Notes under the pieces: model-generated
Databases searched by the model: none
Told to the model about the DNA's origin: nothing
What the model saw: only the letters and a program-made list of their open reading frames with translations
Part shown: positions 1-9,300 of the stretch, piece after piece
Layout: each line of letters begins with the position of its first letter
Numbering within the stretch: the first letter of the stretch is position 1
Source: Lingula anatina
Lineage: Eukaryota; Animalia; Brachiopoda
Assembly (NCBI GenBank): GCA_051362555.1
Contig: JBPQGU010000016.1
Location: 6,386,001-6,450,000 of the forward strand
DNA length: 64,000 nucleotides
Direction: 5' to 3'
Program-made: the position numbers and the translations under genes

Positions 1-359
1 TATGGAGGTCACATGGTCTGATGACAAGTTTAGATATCAGAATAATAGCTATGACTGCCCTTTTTGTGGTAAAACAAAGTATATTATATTTCTGTGAGTT
101 GTTTACACTGTTTAAACTCAAGTTGGGTGATTCATATCATGTTTATGCAGCTAGACTGAACGTCAGCTTTAGTGGAATATTTTTGTAATTTTTTCTTTAA
201 TTTTTAATTTTTCAAACTGGCATTTTCAAGATGTGTCTTATCACTCCCATCCACCAGGAGTCCTGTACTGTTACTTTGTATCATTTTCTGTAATTTTTTT
301 AACTTACAAGAATGATTCTTAGGATTGACATACAGCCCAAATAAGAAAAACAGCTCTAT

Positions 360-362
<3 letters not shown>

Positions 363-424
<62 letters not shown>
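363..424. repeat. (TA)n microsatellite
   Basis: About 30 consecutive AT dinucleotides read directly from the sequence. Confidence 0.97.
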
Positions 425-426
<2 letters not shown>

Positions 427-447
427 CATTTCCATAGTTTAACTCTT

Positions 448-690
448 ATTAGTCTGAAGCCTTAGGGACTATTTCCAGACCCTATCACGCTAACTGTGGA
501 TCGATCTATCTCCAAGGGAATTCTCGCTTAATTGCAATCAAATTGCTTAGTGGCTTAGCTGTCTGTCATGCCTACTAATACTGGCATGCCAGAATCCTAA
601 GCCACTTAAGCTGAAAGCAATTTAGTGAGAAACCCCTTGGAGTTGGATTGATCTTGTTAGATTGATCTAGGTATGGGAACTCAGTCTAAT
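448..690. mobile_element. Foldback/MITE-like element (long imperfect palindrome)
   Basis: The arms are reverse complements. GATCGATCTATCTCCAAGGGAATTCTCGCTTAATTGC (499-535) matches the revcomp of 617-653, GATCAATCCAACTCCAAGGGGTTTCTCACTAAATTGC. GCTTAGTGGCTTAG pairs with CTAAGCCACTTAAGC. Termini are ATTAGTCTGA and TCAGTCTAAT. No coding capacity. Confidence 0.7.
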
Positions 691-1018
691 GCTTGTTACA
701 TTTTACTTTCATCCTAATCCACTGTTATGCAGAATTAGAATTTGATGTTGGCTATGCAGTTACAGTAAGCATAATACATTAGTGCATCAGAATTGACAGT
801 ATCCTATTTCCTGCATTTTTATTTTCTGGTTTTTGTCTGTACATTTGACAGCTTTGCTGCCTTGTTTTTGGGTGCTATCTGAGCCTGAACATCCGACAAA
901 TTGGTAAACACCCACATCATTTCAAGTTCCCTCTTCTTTTTGATGTAAAAAGCATGCTATGTATCTTCCGAGCCTGCCCGTTTAGTCAGATATCATTAAC
1001 ATTACCTTCTCATTTCAG

Positions 1019-1134
1019 AAGACCACTGAGATACCAAGAACTGCACGACAGCCACCCGCTAGCCACCAAGCCTTTCGTCCACGTTCTGGAACCCTACGCG
1101 CATTCATGCATCTATTTTGATAAAGTTGAATAAA
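1019..1134 (+). other. Candidate 3'-terminal coding exon of an upstream gene
   Basis: Acceptor TTACCTTCTCATTTCAG ends at 1018. A 37-codon open frame follows (1020-1130, RPLRYQELHDSHPLATKPFVHVLEPYAHSCIYFDKVE), then TAA at 1131-1133 overlapped by AATAAA at 1129-1134 and a T-rich downstream tract. GC is higher than the flanks. Peptide not recognised. Confidence 0.4.
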
Positions 1135-1871
1135 TACGTTTGTAATTCCTTGTTTATTTTCTCTTTGATATGAAATAATGATGATAAAATTATAAGTAAT
1201 AATAAAGGGAAAGGGGTAAAATTGTTAACATGTACAGTGTTTTGTGAACAATTGAGTTGAGTTTTTTAAGAATACATCTACCCAGTTTTCCAACAGCCCA
1301 CATTTATAAATACAATTTGTATGAATTATCGATCTTGCTTTTTGAAAATCTATTCTTCATTTTATTCTATAGCTAATTTTATTATTTCTTGGAATGGATT
1401 AGTTCGTCATCCCTGATATCATTTTCATAATTTAATACGGGTCTAATTTTACGCCCTTCTCATCTGATGAATGCTTCAATTTTAAACAAAAATGAGAAAG
1501 TCGGCACCACTTTTTGAAATGGTAACAGTTGAAATCTGCTTCTCCAACAAAACATGGGATCTGTATATTCCGATATCTTTTAAAGATCTAATTAAAAGAA
1601 TATAAAAAAATTTATTGACCCTTTAATTTTGTGACGTATATTTATTTCCACATATGCACAGACAAAAAGATAACATTTTTATTAAATTTTGGAAAAGCAA
1701 ATTTTGAGACCAAAAATTTAATGTCTATTTCTACATCATACAAGTTTATATCACCCTAAAACTTTGGTGACATTATTAAAAATGTGTTCTTTATACACTT
1801 AATTACAGCAGCATTAAAATGTAATTTTGTGATGATTTAACTTGCATGTGCTCCTCAAATAAAGTGGTCTT

Positions 1872-2535
1872 ACCCCACATCTCACACCTCAAGTGGGATT
1901 AAATTGCCCCACCTGCCACCCCTCATTCAGAATGGACTCGCCCTACCTGTCACCCCTCAAATCGTATGGACTCGCCCTACCTGTCACCCCTTAAATGAAA
2001 TGGACTCGCCCCACCTGTCACCCCTCTGACGGAATGGACTCGCCCCACCTGTCACCCCTCTGACGGAATGGACTCGCCCCACCTGTCACCCCTCTGGCGA
2101 AATGGACTCGCCCCACCTGTCACCCCTCTGGCGAAATGGACTCGCCCCACCTGTCACCCCCCTCTGACGGAATGGACTCGCCCCACCTGTCACCCCCTCT
2201 GACAAAATGGACTCGCCCCACCTGTCACCCCTCTGGCGAAATGGACTCGCCCCACCTGTCACCCCCCCTCTGACGAAATGGACTCGCCCCACCTGTCACC
2301 CCTCTGATGGAATGGACTCGCCCCACCTGTCACCCCTCTGACGGAATGGACTCGCCCCACCTGTCACCCCTCATATGGAATGGACTCGCCCCACCTGTCA
2401 CCCCTCACATGGAATGAACTCGCCCCACCTGTCACCCCCTCTGACAAAATGGACACGCCCCACCTGTCACCCCTCAAATTAAATGGACTTGACCCATTTG
2501 TCACACTTCAAAAAGGATTCCTCTCATGTCACCCA
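1872..2535. repeat. ~33-35 bp GC-rich minisatellite (ATGGACTCGCCCCACCTGTCACCCCTCTGACGGA)
   Basis: Roughly 17 well-conserved tandem units in ~1930-2500, with degenerate units on both sides. Unit length varies with the C-run. Confidence 0.95.
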
Positions 2536-2599
2536 CATCTATACAATCACACAAACCAGACTCCTATGAAACTATAAAACAAAGTCATTCTAGTGTGAT

Positions 2600-2631
2600 A
2601 TTTATTTATTTACTTATTTATTTATTTATTT
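2600..2631. repeat. (TATT)n microsatellite
   Basis: Imperfect TATT run read directly. Confidence 0.85.
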
Positions 2632-3682
2632 AGAACATCTTTTGCGACAGAAAATCATGGTGAGGAACTACAATAAAGATATATGCACACTTAGATTAAC
2701 ATAGACTCTAGTTAAATAATTTTAAAAAATATGAATTATTGACATTTGGGAAAAGTGGTTTGGATTTGCATTGGAACTTGTTCCTAATACTTTCTATATT
2801 TGTACTGGAATTTCAATACCAGCATTCACGCTTTATACTTAAAGAACCAATATTAGAATTAAAAAGAGTGTCGAGCTAAATTTAAAATTCAAGGAAAAAA
2901 AATATGTCAGTTTTTCCATGGACATTTAAAAGTATCATTAGTACTGTATATTGTGTATACATTTATTGCTGTATACAGGATAGACCAAGAGCGACATGCT
3001 TTTTTATTTGAGCAGACATGAATCTACATCTTAAAATTGGCAGATCCAGAATTTATATATATTTTGTGACATACTTCACCGCATAATTCTAATCTTGATT
3101 TCAGCACAAAAATGGTTAATTGCAACACTTATTTGTACAAATTCAATTTTTTTCTTTTTGTTTCAATTTGAAGGAACGAAATATATTTAATATAGAAAAG
3201 ACTGTAATTGATATTACTTTGGCTTTCATGTCTAAGATCGCCATTCACAGGATCGGGCACAGAACACATACAAATTTTAAAATAGAAATGACTCCTACAA
3301 TGCAAATCAAATGAATGTAAACAAAGTAAATTAATTAATTACCCGAACTTCAATCTGCAACTTTGTAGAAATGTTACTTTTACCTTCAAGTTTGAATGCT
3401 GTGATACACAAATGCTTTAAAAATGCATAGTGACATTTTAAACCCTTAAATAATAACACCATTGCACAATAATAAAATTGGAGAAAGACTGATGAGTTCA
3501 AATAGAATCAGATGCATCCCAATTAACGTATAATTTGAAATGAAAAATGCTCAATTACTGAATATAATTTGAAAAGGGAACATGATCGACCACATTTTTG
3601 AAAAACATTTAAATATGTTCAAATCTGATATGCACATGGTGTAGTCCTAAATTTTTTTGACAGTCACAATAAAAACGTATAC

Positions 3683-3841
3683 CATTTTCGCCATATTACA
3701 AGTGCGCTGCGTGTTGGTTCGAGCGAGTCAGTGCGTGCGTGTGTGCCTGTGCAAGGTTCCAAAATCCGACTAGGAGGCTTTGGAGGATTCTATCAGTCAG
3801 AAGCACGTGTATTTTGCAGGATCACCGCAGAGTTGACAATT
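3683..3841 (-). other. Candidate internal exon of a minus-strand transcript
   Basis: Minus-strand acceptor TATTATTTTGATTTTTCAG (CAG at 3844-3842), a GC/CpG-richer body, and an end at AATATGGCGAAAATG|GTATAC (weak donor at 3682). No long ORF. Confidence 0.35.
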
Positions 3842-4351
3842 CTGAAAAATCAAAATAATATGTTAATTACAATATTAAAATGATATCCCAATGCAATGCA
3901 ATTTGATCTGAGATAAAAAAATTGAAAACAAAACAAAAAAAAAAACGCATTAATTTTAAAGGAGTTTATTCAAAACATTCCATAAATCTTACAAATTAAA
4001 CGCATTACACACACCAGCAATATCAAACTAAAATCATAGCAGGGAAGATGTGTGTAAATTATCCTGATACTTGCCTCAGTTTTCTGCGTCACATGCTATA
4101 TGTAACCTTATTGTACATAAAGGGAAACCATACACTACATGTACAAGGTGCGTCGGGGAGGGGGGGGCACAAGTTCTGACTGGGTGTGTATATTTATGAC
4201 AACTACAGTCAACAACTACAACACCGGGCGACTTGATCAGGCCTTACCTGCGATATGTGTAACTGCCCGTAACACTCTTTATTTGTTTTCATTTATGGGA
4301 GTCATTTATATATTTATTTATTATCATTTTTTTTTCTTTTACAGTGTGTCC

Positions 4352-4580
4352 TTTATTATCTCCGCCAAGGAGGTTATGTTTTCGCCCCTGTTTGTCAGTC
4401 ATCAACATAATTAAAAAAGTTATGGACCGATTTTAATGATTTTTTCAGGAACTGTCAGAAGTGGGCCAAGAAAGATATGATTAGTTTATGGTGGTGATCC
4501 GGATCAATAATCAATCAATAATAATAATAAAAAATACTGCCTTGGCGGAGGTCTGCGCTCTCGGAGTGCTTTTCTAGTTT
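4352..4580 (+). mobile_element. Non-autonomous Helentron-associated element (HINE/DINE-1-like)
   Basis: The 5' end TTATTATCTCCGCCAAGGAGGTTATGTTTT has a subterminal IR partner CCTTGGCGGAG (4540-4550). There is a 3' hairpin GCGCTC-TCG-GAGTGC, a terminal CTAGTT, an internal (AAT)n tract and T-rich insertion context. This matches the established HINE architecture. Confidence 0.85.
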
Positions 4581-4815
4581 ATATATTATTCACACGAACT
4601 GCATTTTCCTTTCTTTCACGTTTGCCCTCCTTTGCTTTCTCTCGCTCTACTAATTATAACGTTACAGGCCACTGCACATACCTAACCGCACCGTCACATG
4701 CCTCTGCCACATAATGCACTAAACAGTTCTCATTCCACTGTATATATACGGCTTCCTCTCTTGCTTCTTTTTCGCTTTAATAACAAACACAGAACGGGAC
4801 AGGGTTATTTCTAAA

Positions 4816-5018
4816 GATATTAGCTCACTTAGTAGGAGGACAAGGTAATCTATTTCAAACGTAAACCTCTTCGACTTTAGGTCCTTGCAACGTTTCTGTC
4901 TATCCTTTTACAACGATATTAGCTCACTCAGTCAGGGGACAAGGTACTGTAGTCTATTTTAACGCTGATGTAAACTTCTTTGGCTTTGGGTCTTTACAGC
5001 GTTTCTGTCTATCTTTTT
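4816..5018. repeat. Diverged ~99-bp tandem duplication
   Basis: GATATTAGCTCACT...GGACAAGGTA...GTAAAC...CGTTTCTGTCTATC occurs at 4816 and again at 4915. Confidence 0.85.
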
Positions 5019-5386
5019 TCTTACACTTTCCTATGTACTTCGTGTAATTTACAGTTTCATTTTTTCGTTATTTTTCTTGTATTTTAATTTGTGTCCAGTA
5101 TTTCTACATGCACATTTTACGTTACACCTTTGGTTTCTGTTACCGGGTAGGTCTACTTCTTTTGTTTTATTTCTCTTCCTTTAATTTAACGGTGGGTTTT
5201 GGGAATAAATTGAATAATCCAAATCAATCAGTGCGAGTTTCTTGACTGAGTACAGCTACATCGTAACATTTAAGGGCGAAAATTTAGGCAAGCCGTACAT
5301 TTACATATGCACTGTACACGTAATACATTATTGGATCATTTAATTTCTTTCCACTGGTAAACGATAGAAGACGATACTTTACTCAC

Positions 5387-5520
5387 AAAACATATTATCT
5401 TCAATCGTGGTTCCACCAAACATGTACGCAACGGGTCCGAGCTTCAACCACACATCATCTTGCAGGTCATCTTGTTACAGGGTCTAGCTGTCAAGTGACC
5501 AGCCAGGAGCACAGCTCGCA
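5387..5520 (-). other. Candidate first/upstream exon of a minus-strand transcript
   Basis: A GC-richer segment ends at a canonical minus-strand donor GTGAGT (5386-5381). The 5' boundary is uncertain. Confidence 0.3.
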
Positions 5521-6070
5521 CTGCGATGCATGACTTATTGTTATGCAAATTACAACTGGTACAGTGCATGGCACATTTTTATTGAAGGGGTTGCTATGGA
5601 AATCGGTCTCAAAGAACGGCGAATCTACACAATATTATTTTACTATTGTGACAAGGCCATAACCCTGGCTGCATAGACGTATTTGTCACCATCGTCATAT
5701 TACTTAAGGACAACAGTTTAGATTGTATCAAAATTTGAAAATAATAATGACGATAGATATAACAACTCAAATAGTATTAAAGTGAATGATGCTCATACAT
5801 TCGGGGAATAGCGCTGCGCGAGATGAAAAACATTTGTACGGTCCCCGGGCTATCTATTTTAATTGAAGATCTATACATTACATCCAATCTGGTCCTCTCC
5901 GTGACAAGCTAAATGTTTCCAAGTGATTTAAAGCATGCCAACGATGTTTCTGCGACTCCGTGGTAACTTCGATGACTTAAAGACATGTCCCGGAAACGGA
6001 AAGCCGCGAAAACGAATGCAGGCTCTCCTGGGTCCGGACAAATTACAGTTTGCAATTTTAGATAAAATCC
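5520..6070. promoter_or_regulatory. Putative (bidirectional) promoter region
   Basis: CpGs are retained relative to the flanks. Motifs: Sox-Oct-like TATTGTTATGCAAAT (5536-5550), CCAAT (~5884), ETS-like CCGGAA (~5990). It lies between oppositely oriented candidate exons. Motif-level evidence only. Confidence 0.35.
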
Positions 6071-6174
6071 GGTATAGTTTAGAATAAGAGAACGATTTCA
6101 CAACAATTTATTGCAAGTTATCATGATGATGTATGCGTCGTCAATAATATTTCCTTTCTATTCTTCACTTAAAG

Positions 6175-6308
6175 GTCCGTAAAATGATGCTCAAGCGGGG
6201 ATTGTCACCAGCTGTTGCACCAGACTGGTGAATCTGTACAAATTGCAGGCCTACATGTATGCCAACTGCTGTCAGAAACACCCTGGCGTTTGCTTTGTTG
6301 GAGATCAA
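6175..6308 (+). other. Candidate exon immediately upstream of the satellite array
   Basis: Acceptor TTTCCTTTCTATTCTTCACTTAAAG ends at 6174 and consensus donor GTAAGT lies at 6309-6314. The 134-nt body is GC-richer than the flanks. All three frames from the acceptor hit stops; an internal ATG at 6255 stays open to the donor. Confidence 0.45.
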
Positions 6309-6357
6309 GTAAGTTCCCCCAAACTATCACTCTTTTTATTGAAATGAAATGGATATC

Positions 6358-9300
6358 AAGTGACCCGGGCGCGTTTCCACATTTTTTATGAATGAAAGGT
6401 ATGGTAGATTGATTTTCGTCACTTTTTGGAAAAATCGGAGACGGGTCGATTTTTGGTGATTTTGAGTGATTTTGAACAGTGCCGGCACTGTGAGATTTCT
6501 TCAATTTTGGCCAGGTAGGGATGAAATTTTTTTTCTTCATTATAGTGTCAGGTAGGTGTGTTCGGTCATTTGTAGTAAGAATAAAGTGCTGGAAGAGTGG
6601 TGGTGTCAACATTAAGGAAGAAATAGAGCAAAAACTATGTCTCCCCCCCCTCTCAGATTCCGTTCTCAGAGCTTATTTTTGGATCATCTTTAAAGCTAGA
6701 ATTGGGGGCCTTGATGAAGTGACCCGGGCGCGTTTCCACATTTTTTTATGAATGACAGGTGTGGTAGATTGATTTTCGTCACTTTTTGGAAAAATCGGAG
6801 ACGGGTCGATTTTTGGTGATTTTGAGTGATTTTGAACAGTGCCGGCACTGTGAGATTTCTTCAATTTTGGCCAGGTAGGGATGAAAATTTTTTTTCTTCA
6901 TTATAGTGTCAGGTAGGTGTGTTCGGTCATTTGTAGTAAGAATAAAGTGCTGGAAGAGTGGTGGTGTCAACATTAAGGAAGAAATAGAGCAAAAACTCTC
7001 TCTCCCCCCCCCCCCCCTCTCAGATTCTGTTCTCAGAGCTTATTTTTGGATCATCTTTAAAGCTAGAATTGGGGGCCTTGATGAAGTGACCCGGGCACGT
7101 TTCCACATTTTTTATGAATGACAGGTGTGGTAGATTGATTTTCGTCACTTTTTGGAAAAATCGGAGACGGGTCGATTTTTGGTGATTTTGAGTGATTTTG
7201 AACAGTGCCGGCACTGTGAGATTTCTTCAATTTTGGCCAGGTAGGGATGAAAATTTTTTTTCTTCATTATAGTGTCAGGTAGGTGTGTTCGGTCATTTGT
7301 AGTAAGAATAAAGTGCTGGAAGAGTGGTGGTGTCAACATTAAGGAAGAAATAGAGCAAAAACTCTCTCTCCCTCCCCTCTCAGATTCTGTTCTCAGAGCT
7401 TATTTTTGGATCATCTTTAAAGCTAGAATTGGGGGCCTTGATGAAGTGACCCGGGCGCGTTTCCACATTTTTTATGAATGACAGGTGTGGTAGATTGATT
7501 TTCGTCACTTTTTGGAAAAATCGGAGACGGGTCGATTTTTGGTGATTTTGAGTGATTTTGAACAGTGCCGGCACTGTGAGATTTCTTCAATTTTGGCCAG
7601 GTAGGGATGAAATTTTTTTTTCTTCATTATAGTGTCAGGTAGGTGTGTTCGGTCATTTGTAGTAAGAATAAAGTGCTGGAAGAGTGGTGGTGTCAACATT
7701 AAGGAAGAAATAGAGCAAAAACTCTCTCTCCCCCCCCCTCTCAGATTCTGATCTCAGAGCTTATTTTTGGATCATCTTTAAAGCTAGAATTGGGGGCCTT
7801 GATGAAGTGACCCGGGCGCGTTTCCACATTTTTTATGAATGACAGGTGTGGTAGATTGATTTTCGTCACTTTTTGGAAAAATCGGAGACGGGTCGATTTT
7901 TGGTGATTTTGAGTGATTTTGAACAGTGCCGGCACTGTGAGATTTCTTCAATTTTGGCCAGGTAGGAATGAAAATTTTTTTTCTTCACTATAGTGTCAGG
8001 TAGGTGTGTTCGGTCATTTGTAGTAAGAATAAAGTGCTGGAAGAGTGGTGGTGTCAACATTAAGGAAGAAATAGAGCAAAAACTCTCTCTCCCCCCCCCC
8101 CCCTCTCAGATTCTGTTCTCAGAGCTTATTTTTGGATCATCTTTAAAGCTAGAATTGGGGGCCTTGATGAAGTGACCCGGGCGCGTTTCCACATTTTTTA
8201 TGAATGACAGGTGTGGTAGATTGATTTTCGTCACTTTTTGGAAAAATCGGAGACGGGTCGATTTTTGGTGATTTTGAGTGATTTTGAACAGTGCCGGCAC
8301 TGTGAGATTTCTTCAATTTTGGCCAGGTAGGGATGAAAATTTTTTTTCTTCATTATAGTGTCAGGTAGGTGTGTTCGGTCATTTGTAGTAAGAATAAAGT
8401 GCTGGAAGAGTGGTGGTGTCAACATTAAGGAAGAAATAGAGCAAAAACTCTCTCTCCCCCCCCCTCTCAGATTCTGTTCTCAGAGCTTATTTTTGGATCA
8501 TCTTTAAAGCTAGAATTGGGGGCCTTGATGAAGTGACCCGGGCGTGTTTCCACATTTTTTATGAATGACAGATGTGGTAGATTGATTTTCGTCACTTTTT
8601 GGAAAAATCGGAGACGGGTCGATTTTTGGTGATTTTGAGTGATTTTGAACAGTGCCGGCACTGTGAGATTTCTTCAATTTTGGCCAGGTAGGGATGAAAT
8701 TTTTTTTTCTTCATTATAGTGTCAGGTAGGTGTGTTCGGTCATTTGTAGTAAGAATAAAGTGCTGGAAGAGTGGTGGTGTCAAAATTAAGGAAGAAATAG
8801 AGCAAAAACTCTCTCTCCCCCCCCCTCAGATTCTGATCTCAGAGCTTATTTTTGGATCATCTTTAAAGCTAGAATTGGGGGCCTTGATGAAGTGACCCGG
8901 GCGCGTTTCCACATTTTTTATGAATGACAGGTGTGGTAGATTGATTTTCGTCACTTTTTGGAAAAATCGGAGACGGGTCGATTTTTGGTGATTTTGAGTG
9001 ATTTTGAACAGTGCCGGCACTGTGAGATTTCTTCAATTTTGGCCAGGTAGGGATGAAAATTTTTTTTCTTCATTATAGTGTCAGGTAGGTTTGTTCAGTC
9101 ATTTGTAGTAAGAATAAAGTGCTGGAAGAGTGGTGGTGTCAACATTAAGGAAGAAATAGAGCAAAAACTCTCTCTCCCCCCCCCCTCTCAGATTCTGTTC
9201 TCAGAGCTTATTTTTGGATCATCTTTAAAGCTAGAATTGGGGGCCTTGATGAAGTGACCCGGGCGCGTTTCCACATTTTTTATGAATGACAGGTGTGGTA

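Noticed and set aside
2086-2577. Repetitive ORFs at 2086-2292 and 2380-2577
   Set aside because: They are minisatellite translations with frame-breaking C-run variation.
6700-6790. Hammerhead ribozyme in the monomer (TTGATGA…), as in some animal satellites
   Set aside because: No CUGANGA core with correctly placed GAAA and stems was seen on either strand of the consensus. A covariance-model search would be the decisive test.
6770-6810. CENP-B box-like motif (TTCG…CGGG)
   Set aside because: The spacing does not fit NTTCGNNNNANNCGGGN.
6800-6920. Tandem snRNA, SL RNA, 5S or tRNA genes (Sm-like AATTTTGG present)
   Set aside because: No recognisable snRNA, 5S or tRNA sequence or fold. Sm-like motifs are expected by chance in this T-rich strand.
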